Assembly (NCBI GenBank): GCA_023705905.1
Contig: BPTK01000005.1
Span: 1 to 49,815 of the forward strand
Direction: 5' to 3'
Origin: Candidatus Heimdallarchaeota archaeon
Lineage (GTDB): Archaea > Asgardarchaeota > Heimdallarchaeia > Heimdallarchaeales > Heimdallarchaeaceae
DNA length: 49,815 nucleotides
Position 1 is the stretch's first letter; the number at the start of each line of letters is the position of its first letter. This document shows, one piece after another, positions 36,042 through 46,107 of the stretch. Under the pieces are notes generated by a model. That model ran no database searches, was not told the DNA's origin, and saw only the letters and a list, made by a program, of their open reading frames with translations. The translations under genes and the position numbers were made by a program.

Positions 36042-38387
36042 CTAAGGGATGATATGAAAGTCTAGTTGCATATTTTTCATAAGTGAAACTGTTTTTTGCC
36101 CTTCTTCAGAACTTAGTGGTATATTGTTAATCTGACATATTCTTATTACATCTTTTCCTTTATCCTTCGTTTTCTTGAAGTAATCTTGTATGGTACTTAA
36201 GATAAACATCATATTGTGATCATCACTAAATTCAGGTAAAATTTCTATATTGTTTATGTATTCTACTTTCTGTTGTTTTTTGAAGTGAAGAGCAGCGACA
36301 GGTTCTTCATTCTTAAGAATAAGTTCCGCAAAGTCTGTTGGCATAGATCTAAGAAAGAAGGATCTAAGTTTGAAACGTTTAAGGAGATACTCTTTGTATA
36401 ATAGAATTAAAGGATCTGTTCTTGGCAGATAAACAAAATTTACCCCACTTTTATCATGTGGTTCCTCACTTTTCTGATAAACATAAGCAGTGATAGACTC
36501 TTCTATTACCTTTGTTGTAAACTGCACATCACTCTCTTCTTCAAGAAATCTTCCTGTTCGAACGTTCTTTGAAGCAATTAGCTCCTTAAGATATACTTCC
36601 AATTGAGTGTTAGAAAGACCAGTAAGATTAGCTAATTGCCTAATAGAGAGTGGTAAGTTGGAGGACAGTATCCTATAAATGATTTCTAACCACGCATCTC
36701 GCTGTGAATTTACAGATTTTGGCTTTAACGTACTCAAAAACTTAGAAAGAGACAACCATATTACTTGATTTGAAATATTTTTGGTTTGAATGATTTGGCA
36801 TGTAGATTCTAGACGATGCAAAGCTGATAATAGTACTCTATCAGATAGATTCAACGAGCTTTTAAGTTGTTTAAAATTCACTTTTTCCTTCTGTTTAATT
36901 ATATTGAGAGCTCTTTCCTCTAGTACACCCACATTTCTCGCAGGACTAAGTTTTGCATAATAAGAATAATCTTCTGAATTGATTAACCCTCTAGGAAAAC
37001 TGCTATACTTACCCCGAACAATTTTTCTATCAATTTGCATCTCATTCAAAATGTGTTCTTTTCCGGTAGAGATACGGATCAACAATGATTCATAGGAAAG
37101 AGGGATGCCAATAAAAGATAAGCTTCTAAGTAAATCAGCTTTGGTAACTATTTGTTTGCGTTTAGTAAGGAAATGATTGTCTATAAGTAAAGGAAAGACA
37201 TCTTGAATTGAGATGGATTCTTTGTTTCCTTCAGGTTTGGTCAATTTAGAACGATGATAAGCTAATCCAGAAGAACTTAGAACATAACCACGTTGTTTTA
37301 GAGTATCCACAAAGGAACGAGATTGATTTTCCAGTAGTTCAGACTGCATTTTGGGGAAAACAAGGATTTTCCCTTTATTCTCTGAAAATTCTTGTATTTT
37401 GTTTTGTATTTTTTCTTCAAGAGGAATGAATGCTGAATTTTTGATAAGATTGATAACGTGTAACTTATCACCAATTACCTTGTAATCAAATGTACAAACA
37501 GGTTTTCCAGAAACAAACACAATTTCTTTTTGAATGTCTTGAAGTACTGTAAAATCTGCTGAAGACCAATATATTGAATATGGATCTGTAGCAGGAAGAA
37601 TCTCGATTTGATAGGAATTTTCCTTTGTCTCCTTTTCATCAAACTCCTTCAAAAATTCTAATTCATCAGCAGCGAGAAATCCTTCATAACTGGAATTCTC
37701 AATGAAAGGTCCTCTAACTATTTTTTTATTCTCATATAATTCAATTATACTTGTACTTATTCTGCTTCCAGATAAATTAAGGATGGACATAATCTGAGGT
37801 ACAGTTATCGGACCAAAATTCTTTATGACAGTATAGATTAATCCTTGGATGGCAGACGATTGACTTTTGGATTCTTCCTTAAGCAACATCTCAGAACTGT
37901 ATATAGTCCAGCGGGTACCATCGTAAAACATGAATACTTGAAAATTTATCCTTAGTTCAGAAAGTATTTCCATTACATCTTCTTTCTTTAATTTGAACTG
38001 CTCGATAATTCTTTGTCTTGTTGATGAACCGTGTTCCTTTATGAATTCCAAAATGTTTTTTGTTTGTGGCTTCTTGTAATCTATTTCCTCTGAAATGTTG
38101 CTATAATAGAGTAGATCAAGATTTTCTCTTCCAACGTAAGCCAGTTTTCCAGATATGAACGGTGCCTGGATGAGATGTTTGTTTTTTATTAAAGATGGAA
38201 TTAAAGTGTGAGAAAAAGTGCGCATTCTAGCAAATAATGATTCGGGATCTTGGAATTGAACAAGGTTATTCAATATTGATATCGCATGACCGTAATTAAT
38301 CCCTTTGAATTCAGTGGATAAATTCTGTTTCTCAGATATGTAAAGAGATAACTCTTCTAGGTTTAATGAGATTTGTGACACAGACAT
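36042..38387 (-). CDS. Multi-winged-helix protein with two YcaQ/AlkZ-like modules
   Basis: At least four wHTH units (e.g. ILEFIKEHGSSTRQRIIEQF, IYTVIKNFGPITVPQIMSIL, IIYRILSSNLPLSIRQLANL). Two (L/Y)LP(A/R)TDP motifs (EILPATDPY, VYLPRTDPL) recur as in the helicase C-terminus. The ATG directly abuts the helicase TAA. Confidence 0.6.
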   Translation of the reverse strand: MSVSQISLNLEELSLYISEKQNLSTEFKGINYGHAISILNNLVQFQDPESLFARMRTFSHTLIPSLIKNKHLIQAPFISGKLAYVGRENLDLLYYSNISEEIDYKKPQTKNILEFIKEHGSSTRQRIIEQFKLKKEDVMEILSELRINFQVFMFYDGTRWTIYSSEMLLKEESKSQSSAIQGLIYTVIKNFGPITVPQIMSILNLSGSRISTSIIELYENKKIVRGPFIENSSYEGFLAADELEFLKEFDEKETKENSYQIEILPATDPYSIYWSSADFTVLQDIQKEIVFVSGKPVCTFDYKVIGDKLHVINLIKNSAFIPLEEKIQNKIQEFSENKGKILVFPKMQSELLENQSRSFVDTLKQRGYVLSSSGLAYHRSKLTKPEGNKESISIQDVFPLLIDNHFLTKRKQIVTKADLLRSLSFIGIPLSYESLLIRISTGKEHILNEMQIDRKIVRGKYSSFPRGLINSEDYSYYAKLSPARNVGVLEERALNIIKQKEKVNFKQLKSSLNLSDRVLLSALHRLESTCQIIQTKNISNQVIWLSLSKFLSTLKPKSVNSQRDAWLEIIYRILSSNLPLSIRQLANLTGLSNTQLEVYLKELIASKNVRTGRFLEEESDVQFTTKVIEESITAYVYQKSEEPHDKSGVNFVYLPRTDPLILLYKEYLLKRFKLRSFFLRSMPTDFAELILKNEEPVAALHFKKQQKVEYINNIEILPEFSDDHNMMFILSTIQDYFKKTKDKGKDVIRICQINNIPLSSEEGQKTVSLMKNMQLDFHIIP

Positions 38388-41300
38388 TTATTTCACCAGG
38401 TTATATGCGTTAAAACCATTTATTTTTTTGATAGTAACTATAGGCGTACTACTATCGTGTGAGGGAGAAATGGTTTCTATTGCATTAATTATATAATTGA
38501 AAGATCCCTCATTCTGAACCCAAGGAGCAATATTTAGATCCTTAACAATAAGTTGTTTTTCATTACTTGATTCTATTTTGCATTGAGCCGCTAATTTTTG
38601 GTTCAGTAGAATTAGATAGTTGTCTCCAGAAATATCGAATCTTTCAGGCATGTTATTTCTTAACAAAGAATGAGCTACATCTGTAGGATGTAGAACATAG
38701 AATCTTCCTCTATCCTTATCCGAGACATACTCTCTTGATACTTCAAACTGTTTCTCGTACATAATTAGGTCATCATAATTATTTGAAGTGATATAGTAAA
38801 AACTCAAATCATCCTCAATGAACCTTCCACCAAATATTTCTTCGTCTCCAATTAGATTAGATAATATTTCCTTAATTTTTATTTTTGTCAAAATAACAGG
38901 AATGAATGCACGTTCAATTATCTGGCTCTCAGAAGATAACCCTAAGCTAGAAACTATATCTCTTACATATCTTCTTTTGAGAACTGTTAAATCATCATCA
39001 AATTCTGGGATGAAATTAGAGACATCCCAATACTCTTGAGGGAGATATGTGTTGCTAATTGATTTTACGCCAATAAGCATGTTCGTTTCCAATATCCGCA
39101 AAGAAGGTTTTAATGTTGCACCTGCACCTGTCCACTTATGAGATAGATCTTGAATGTTTGAAGTTCCTTTAGTTATAAGTTTCAAGAGTTCCTCGTGTTC
39201 TGTTTTGAGTTTTCTTCTTTTTCTCAGACCACTTTTTCTATACCGAGCAAATGTCAAAGAGAATAATTTACCATCTTGACAGAGAATTTTCTTTTCCTCT
39301 AATAATTTGTTAATTATGAAAGCAATTATTGCATGCATTGTCTCTGGAAATCTTGTAATAATCACCTCAAAACTGAGCACACCAAAATGGTTGATTAGTG
39401 ATAATAAACTGCTTTCATTTAGTGCAGGAGAATCTTTCCTCAACCAAACTTTGTCCATAACATACTTGGTTACAATGTTTCTTGTGAAGATGCGTGTGAT
39501 TGTATCTCCACCCACTAAAGTATCTTGAATTAGAATAAAACCTGTTTTAATCAAAGAATCTTTGATGAATTTATTCACTGTTGAGAGAACTGATTTTCCA
39601 TTTATATCCTCTATTTGTAAACTGAGAACACGATGAATCTTTCTCGTATAAGAAACAAGTTCTGATGCGATTTTTTGAAGTAATAGGAAATTGTAAGCAA
39701 CTATATCATCAAGTTGCAAATTATAGATTTGTAGATACTTCCCTCGGTGAAGTTTATACTCAACTGAACCAACAACCTCGCCATCCAAAAGAATAGGATC
39801 AATTTTCCCTTCTCCATAAACATCTCGGATGTGAAGTCTTAACCCTAATTTCGTAAATGGATCAGAACGTGGAAGGATGAGTGTTTTCTCATCTTCGTGA
39901 AGAGAAAGATTGATGAAATCTGCTTTTAGTTTACGGATGGTTTCAAAACGTTTAGGAGTCAAATAGTAATTAGTTTCTCTAGTTGTGAGTTTCTTTTCGA
40001 TTATTTTCTTCTTTTTAATTAAATCACGAATGTGTTTCTCAACATCACTATACTTGAATCCTGAGATGTGTGTGAGCTCAATCAAGGATACAGGACCTAA
40101 CGATTCTATTAGTTTATTCAAGATGAATTGGATGCTTTTGTCATAGTCAGGCAATTTATCCAAAGTGAAATACCTGGATGAGATGTCATAAACATTCGGT
40201 ACAAATTGTTTTGGTAGAAAGGAATCAATGGCAACAGACTTTCTTACCAGATGAAGTGTTTTGTCAAGAATCATAATGCTTTCTTGTACTATATCCTCGT
40301 CAAGATCGATATATTCAACCATCTCTCTTCTTGTCATGGGTCCATATCTTTGAAGAGTAGCAAGAATTTTCTCCTCAACCTTAGACAATTCAAACGTTTC
40401 TCTGTATGCCACATAATAATAGGGGAAATGTTCTCTACTCACATAGGACAATCTATTATGACTAAACCTTCCTTGAATGATTTCGTTTTTTTCAACAAGC
40501 TCTCTAACCCAATCAATATCGTAATCTTTAATTCTAAATGCCAAAGAACTCAAATCTGCTATAGAACCAAAGTCATCTAACAGATACAATATACTTTCTT
40601 TTCCAATAAGAGCTTGTTTAAAATAAGTATCAACAGTGAAATAATAGTGAACAAAATTCAATTCTTCTGAAGTTAATAATAACGAATCTTGTTTTCGATT
40701 ACTCAAATTCCTTAGCAGTTCTCTATCTTCAAGTCTAATGAATTGAGGTTCTAGGGTGGAGGCAATAATCTGTCCTTTTAGAATCTTATTCTTTTGCTCT
40801 AACTCTACAAGGGTTCTTGATATTTTCTCTTGGTCTAGAAGAAGGTATTCAACTATATCACTCGCTGATGAAGGACCATTGATTTTCAGATATCGCAAAA
40901 CAATGTTCTCCAAACAAACCTCAGGATCTAGTTTTCTTGCTTTTTCTCTGAATGATTCTGGAACAAAATCTTCTATTGAAATATATTTCCACGTTGTTTT
41001 TCCTTTATATGACTCAAAATCGATTCGTGTCACGAGAATCGAGCGTTCAAGCCTCTCTAGACTTGACTTAACCTCTTGTTTCGAGAGTTCTAAATCCATC
41101 GAGATTTTTGTAGATGAAATAGGAAATTTTTCTTTGACTAAATCAAGAATTTGTTTGTCTTTCTCTGAAAGCTCAATTGACTGTACATATATGTTCCAAT
41201 AGAGTGGAAAATCCTCCAAAGATATAGTTCTTCGTTCTGTTTGAGAAAGATAAATCTCCATGAACTCTTTATTATTGTGAAGAGCAAAAACCCACGATTT

Positions 41301-44114
41301 AATTTGTTTGGGGTTAGAAATACAACGATGATATATGCTAGGAGGCATACTCTCGATTGTTCTTATTGGAGAAATTGCTTTAATAGCACGCCTCAACTGT
41401 TTTAGAGAAGAGATTGGAAGCTCTTCATTTCTGTAGCTACGATTATTAAAAATACTATCTACTAAATCCTTCCTGAAAAGTATCTCTTTTGTGCCTTCCT
41501 TTCCAAAAACCTTTGACAGAACTTGTTGATGTAATTCTCTTAACAAAGCACTTCTATCAGAAATCTGAACAATATCGGCTATACCTAATAGAACAATACC
41601 ATGGGCAAAAGGACTTGGAATATCTGTTAATGGAGCTATTTTGTATGTGTATTCTCCTTTTTCTAATTTCTTAATTACAGTTTTAGAATTTTCTAAATCC
41701 ATGTAATCTCGTAGGATTTCACGATATGTTTCTTTAATAATGCAGAAAGAATCTTGCGTTTTTAGAGTTGGGAACAATCTTCGTGCATACATAGTTTGCC
41801 TAGAAACAGGAATGTATTTGTTGCCGCTCCTTCTTAAAATCATAAAAGCTCTATTTGCAACATGTCTAAATCGAGTTTGGAAAAGCTCAGTGTTTATGAT
41901 AGCTTGCTTTACAAGATTTTCTAGATTATCCGAAGCAATCAAAGTTGGGATGACCGAAGTATCATAGATTTTACCAGTTGGTAACATCAACAAGAAACCG
42001 TTATCATTAACAGCTGAAGCTACATCAGCATCAATATCTCTGCCAATAGAAAAAGCAAATGCTCGTGCAAGAGCATCATTGACTCTTCTTCCAAAATAAG
42101 CATGAAAAATGATAGTCATTCTTCCCTGAGGATCCAAAAATGACTCTATTAGGATAGATTTTTCGTTTGGTATAATATTCAAAAAGAGTTGCTGTTCTTT
42201 TACATAATCAACAATAGTTTTTGCGATAATTTCATCGACTCTAAATGATGCTTGAATCCATTCTATTGTTTCTTTGGTATTCTCTTTCTGAATTCTCTGG
42301 GCAACAACATCAATAAATCTACCAATTTGTTGGGATAACTCAAATGATCGAGGTAACTCTTCTCCAACCCAATTAGGTATTGTTGGTCTTCTTCCGAAAG
42401 ACTCAGATACCACTACTCGTGATCCAACAGTTCTTTTGAATTGGTAAGAATGACTTCCTAATACAAAAACATCTCCAGGAGTAAGTTTTTCAACAAATTT
42501 TTCAGAAAGAACCCCTATTCGAGTCCTATAAGTTTCAAGTTCGACTCTGTAATTCGAATTTTCAGGAATTGTACCTATATTTGTATAGAATATTAATCGA
42601 GAATTCCTCTTTTTTCCAAATGCTTTTTCTTTATGATCATACCAGATCTTTCGATAAACTTTTTTCTCTTCAATATCTAGATTATATCCACCCAGGTACT
42701 CTAAAACATTAATATAATCGACGAAACTGAGTGTTCTGTAATTATATGAACGCTTAATCATCGTGTAAGCTTCATCTACGTTCCATCTTTTTGTTATGGA
42801 TATTCCAACTATAAACTGAGCAAGAACATCAAGACAATTTTGAGGAATCTGTACTTTATCCAACACATGACTATAGGCACTTTTTGTAAGCACGGCACAT
42901 TCTATAGCATCATCTCTACCAGTTACAAGGAGTCTTCCACGAGCTATCCTATCAAGAGCATGGCCACTGCGCCCAACTCGTTGAAGATATTTTGCCACTG
43001 TCTTAGGAGAACCTATCTGTGAGACTAGCTCAACACTTCCTATATCTATCCCCAATTCCAAGGAAGTTGAAGTTACAGCTGCAATTAACTCATTATTTTT
43101 CAATTTATCTTCTACATCTAACCTAATTTCTCTCGATAAACTAGAATGGTGAACAGCTATCAGAGGTGTATATTCATCTCCTAGAAACTCTTTGAGTTTG
43201 AAAGCAACACTTTCTGCTCCTTTTCGCGTGTTTGTAAAAATTATCGATGTTTCATGATCTAAAATTAAGTCAGCTAAAACAGAATATATCCCTTCTTGAA
43301 CCTCAACATAGGGGGTATGAAGCAAATCTTTCACCGGACTTATTACTTCAAGATCTAGTTTTCTTTGTGGTGGAAGATTAGCTATGTAGCAATCGTTCTC
43401 TACACCATTATCATCTCTTCCAACAAGAAAACGAGCTATTTCTTCTATAGGTGCTTGTGTTGCAGATAATCCAATCTTAGTATATTTTTTCTCAACAAGT
43501 TGAGTTTGAAGATATTCTAAACACAAAGATAGGAAAACGCCTCTCTTGTTTGAACTAACTTCGTGAATTTCATCTAATATAACCCAACGAACGCTTTTTA
43601 GATGTTGAGAGAACTTAGGTGAAGTAAGTATTAGACCTAAACTCTCAGGAGTTGTGATTAGTATATGGGGAGGTGTTTTCAACATCCTCGAACGTTGAGA
43701 TTGGGGAGTATCTCCTGTCCTAACATCAACCCTAATCTTAGGAACAACAATATTATTTGCTGCAGCAAGATCTTGAATACCTTGCAAGGGTTCCTCTAAG
43801 TTCTTTCTGATGTCATTTCCTAAAGCTTTGAGAGGAGAAATGTAAAGGACATATATCTGATCTTTCAAGTTCCCTTTAGTAGACTCAATGTAAAGCTCAT
43901 TAATTGCAGATAGAAAAGCTGCAAAGGTTTTCCCTGAACCAGTTGAACTAAAAATAAGTGTGTTTTTCTGCTCATGTATAAGCGGTATAGAATATAATTG
44001 TGGAGGTGTAAAACCTGCGGGGAATCTAGAAGTAAACCAATCTTTTATTTCCTCAGCTAGGAAAGAGAAGATAGAATCAGCCGAGGAGGGGTTATCTAGA
44101 TAATGCAGTGTCAT
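38388..44114 (-). CDS. Giant Lhr-type superfamily-2 helicase with ~1000-aa C-terminal winged-helix array
   Basis: Motif I SSTGSGKT (aa 56-63), II DEIH (181-184), III SAT (217-219), VI QRVGRSGH (378-385). Lhr WH and domain-4 region (PQNCLDVLAQFIVG, LTPGDVFVLGSHSYQF) extends to about aa 860. At least seven wHTH units follow, with LILPRSDPF (aa 1412-1420) and YVLHPTD (aa 1806-1812). Confidence 0.85.
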   Translation of the reverse strand: MTLHYLDNPSSADSIFSFLAEEIKDWFTSRFPAGFTPPQLYSIPLIHEQKNTLIFSSTGSGKTFAAFLSAINELYIESTKGNLKDQIYVLYISPLKALGNDIRKNLEEPLQGIQDLAAANNIVVPKIRVDVRTGDTPQSQRSRMLKTPPHILITTPESLGLILTSPKFSQHLKSVRWVILDEIHEVSSNKRGVFLSLCLEYLQTQLVEKKYTKIGLSATQAPIEEIARFLVGRDDNGVENDCYIANLPPQRKLDLEVISPVKDLLHTPYVEVQEGIYSVLADLILDHETSIIFTNTRKGAESVAFKLKEFLGDEYTPLIAVHHSSLSREIRLDVEDKLKNNELIAAVTSTSLELGIDIGSVELVSQIGSPKTVAKYLQRVGRSGHALDRIARGRLLVTGRDDAIECAVLTKSAYSHVLDKVQIPQNCLDVLAQFIVGISITKRWNVDEAYTMIKRSYNYRTLSFVDYINVLEYLGGYNLDIEEKKVYRKIWYDHKEKAFGKKRNSRLIFYTNIGTIPENSNYRVELETYRTRIGVLSEKFVEKLTPGDVFVLGSHSYQFKRTVGSRVVVSESFGRRPTIPNWVGEELPRSFELSQQIGRFIDVVAQRIQKENTKETIEWIQASFRVDEIIAKTIVDYVKEQQLFLNIIPNEKSILIESFLDPQGRMTIIFHAYFGRRVNDALARAFAFSIGRDIDADVASAVNDNGFLLMLPTGKIYDTSVIPTLIASDNLENLVKQAIINTELFQTRFRHVANRAFMILRRSGNKYIPVSRQTMYARRLFPTLKTQDSFCIIKETYREILRDYMDLENSKTVIKKLEKGEYTYKIAPLTDIPSPFAHGIVLLGIADIVQISDRSALLRELHQQVLSKVFGKEGTKEILFRKDLVDSIFNNRSYRNEELPISSLKQLRRAIKAISPIRTIESMPPSIYHRCISNPKQIKSWVFALHNNKEFMEIYLSQTERRTISLEDFPLYWNIYVQSIELSEKDKQILDLVKEKFPISSTKISMDLELSKQEVKSSLERLERSILVTRIDFESYKGKTTWKYISIEDFVPESFREKARKLDPEVCLENIVLRYLKINGPSSASDIVEYLLLDQEKISRTLVELEQKNKILKGQIIASTLEPQFIRLEDRELLRNLSNRKQDSLLLTSEELNFVHYYFTVDTYFKQALIGKESILYLLDDFGSIADLSSLAFRIKDYDIDWVRELVEKNEIIQGRFSHNRLSYVSREHFPYYYVAYRETFELSKVEEKILATLQRYGPMTRREMVEYIDLDEDIVQESIMILDKTLHLVRKSVAIDSFLPKQFVPNVYDISSRYFTLDKLPDYDKSIQFILNKLIESLGPVSLIELTHISGFKYSDVEKHIRDLIKKKKIIEKKLTTRETNYYLTPKRFETIRKLKADFINLSLHEDEKTLILPRSDPFTKLGLRLHIRDVYGEGKIDPILLDGEVVGSVEYKLHRGKYLQIYNLQLDDIVAYNFLLLQKIASELVSYTRKIHRVLSLQIEDINGKSVLSTVNKFIKDSLIKTGFILIQDTLVGGDTITRIFTRNIVTKYVMDKVWLRKDSPALNESSLLSLINHFGVLSFEVIITRFPETMHAIIAFIINKLLEEKKILCQDGKLFSLTFARYRKSGLRKRRKLKTEHEELLKLITKGTSNIQDLSHKWTGAGATLKPSLRILETNMLIGVKSISNTYLPQEYWDVSNFIPEFDDDLTVLKRRYVRDIVSSLGLSSESQIIERAFIPVILTKIKIKEILSNLIGDEEIFGGRFIEDDLSFYYITSNNYDDLIMYEKQFEVSREYVSDKDRGRFYVLHPTDVAHSLLRNNMPERFDISGDNYLILLNQKLAAQCKIESSNEKQLIVKDLNIAPWVQNEGSFNYIINAIETISPSHDSSTPIVTIKKINGFNAYNLVK

Positions 44115-44192
44115 CTGATGATATCAAGATAACTTTTCACTATAAATAGGATATTATTACTAAGTAAAAATACTTCACATGGTATATGAGCA

Positions 44193-44699
44193 CTACTTTG
44201 GTTCTAAAGACATCTCAGAACTTCCTTTCTTCCCCCATTCCATAACGAATGCAGATTCACCATCTCTGTAGTACTCTTTGAATTCCTTTTTGATGTAGAA
44301 ACCAAGCTTTCTATACATTTCAATAGCAGCGATATTTGATACTCTAACTTCTAGAAATACCGTTTCAACATCATGATCAATCAGTTTTTTCAATCCGTAT
44401 TTCATGATTTTAATACCTAAACCTTTACGTCTATATTTAGGGATAACAGCAATTGAAATGACATGCCCTTTTGCAGATTGCACTCCAAGAAAAGATGTAA
44501 ATGGGCGTTCGATTCGGGATAGAACATAGCCTACTATTTCTTCTTCCATTTCTGCTACAACACAAGCATATCCAAAGTCACTCAAAATGCGATAGAAGAA
44601 ATCAAAAGAATAATTCTCAGGAAGGCAAATCTTGTTTATTTTCATAATTTCATTTATATCGCTTAATTCTGCTTGTCTAGTAGTATAGCTAAGTTCCAT
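44193..44699 (-). CDS. N-alpha-acetyltransferase, Ard1/Naa10-like GNAT
   Basis: CLPENYSFDFFY (the Naa10 LPENY motif) and the acetyl-CoA motif RRKGLGIKIM, plus VFLEVRVSN..AI.MYRKLGF. Length about 168 aa. Confidence 0.8.
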   Translation of the reverse strand: MELSYTTRQAELSDINEIMKINKICLPENYSFDFFYRILSDFGYACVVAEMEEEIVGYVLSRIERPFTSFLGVQSAKGHVISIAVIPKYRRKGLGIKIMKYGLKKLIDHDVETVFLEVRVSNIAAIEMYRKLGFYIKKEFKEYYRDGESAFVMEWGKKGSSEMSLEPK

Positions 44700-44818
44700 C
44701 CTCGAGCCTTCTATTATTCAAGAACTAAGCTCTTTTTTCAATTTTTTGTTAAGACGGTAGATATTGGACTAAATTAAGAATATTCTTAAAGCTTAATTTA
44801 TCATTTTCATTGCTTTAA

Positions 44819-46105
44819 ATGACTACTCCTAATGACTCTACAGATGATGACCTAAGACCGGATGAAATAATTGATAGATTTATGTATGATCCATCATTAC
44901 TTCATCGCTGGTTGGAGCAATTGGGAATCAACTATACGCTCAGTCTACTTTCTTCTTTGCGAAAACCTAACGATTCAATTTGGGTACAAGTAAATAAGAG
45001 TAAAATTGATTATGATTCTTTATTAGATATTTTTGAAGATATGGGATTCAATGCAAATAAACACCCACAATTCGATGATATTATTCAAGTCAAAATAGGC
45101 ATAAATGAATTTGATGAGGATGAAAAAGTTTTGCCAATGATTAAAGTAGATAGAGAATCAACAACAAGTATAGCTCTAGGCAAAGACGTTAATTCAACAA
45201 ATGTAACCGAAGTAAATCAATTTGTTGCAGGGGACACGGTAAGAATAATAGATTTCATTGGGAACATAATTGCCGTTGGTGTAGCAGAAATTCACAGTTA
45301 TGAAGTTAAAGACAAAACTGTGCGAGTAGCAGCAAAGATCACTAAATCATTAGGTATTACTCCCCAATTAACAGAATTAATGGTGTATCGAAGAGGATAT
45401 TTCAATATCCTTACTCCAGCGCAAGTATTAAGCGTGAAATCAACATATCTGAAACCTGAAGACAATATATTAGTTATGACAGTGGATAAAGGGGATGTAG
45501 CTAGTTACATTGCGGAATTAACAAATAATAAGTGTCCAATAACTTTTGTTGTTAGAAACAAGCATCAACTAAAAGCAGCAAGAAGGCAAATAGAAAGAAC
45601 GAAGAGTAAATCAGTAAGAATCTTAAAGAGACCTTTTCTTAAATTCTTAGAAGAACATCAAGAAATAAAGTATAGTGCTGTATTTATAGAACCACAAAAT
45701 TCCAGAACTGCTATCATGCCAACATTCTCATCAAATTTAGGCATCTCAAAGCTAGCAACAATAGCTAAAGATCAAAAGGAAATAATCACCAATCTATATC
45801 GGTGTCTATATGATTCAGCAACCATCACTTACTTAACACATTCAGTCGATGTAAGTGAAAATGAAGATGCATACAATCATATTTTGAGTAAAGCATATTA
45901 TGAAGATCAGAAGTTTACAGAAGAAATCAAACAGCTACAAAAGAAAAAGATAGTTTCTTATAGAGAACTCCCAGAAGAAACATATTCTGATTATGTTTTT
46001 GAGCACAAGAATTCTACTATTTATATTGACCCCGTGAAAACAAATAATTCTGGGGGATATATAGCCAAATTCAAGTTTGGAAAAATAAATGATAAGGATA
46101 ATTAA
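44819..46105 (+). CDS. PUA-domain protein with degenerate NOL1/NOP2/Sun (NSUN6-like) methyltransferase fold
   Basis: PUA-like core VAGDTVRIIDFIGNIIAVGVAEI. The MTase-fold landmarks are collinear with NSUN proteins, but motif I is ILVMTVDKGDVAS, motif IV is IEPQNS (Cys replaced by Asn294) and motif VI is YLTHS..SENE (Cys replaced by His341). Confidence 0.65.
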   Translation: MTTPNDSTDDDLRPDEIIDRFMYDPSLLHRWLEQLGINYTLSLLSSLRKPNDSIWVQVNKSKIDYDSLLDIFEDMGFNANKHPQFDDIIQVKIGINEFDEDEKVLPMIKVDRESTTSIALGKDVNSTNVTEVNQFVAGDTVRIIDFIGNIIAVGVAEIHSYEVKDKTVRVAAKITKSLGITPQLTELMVYRRGYFNILTPAQVLSVKSTYLKPEDNILVMTVDKGDVASYIAELTNNKCPITFVVRNKHQLKAARRQIERTKSKSVRILKRPFLKFLEEHQEIKYSAVFIEPQNSRTAIMPTFSSNLGISKLATIAKDQKEIITNLYRCLYDSATITYLTHSVDVSENEDAYNHILSKAYYEDQKFTEEIKQLQKKKIVSYRELPEETYSDYVFEHKNSTIYIDPVKTNNSGGYIAKFKFGKINDKDN

Positions 46106-46107
46106 TC

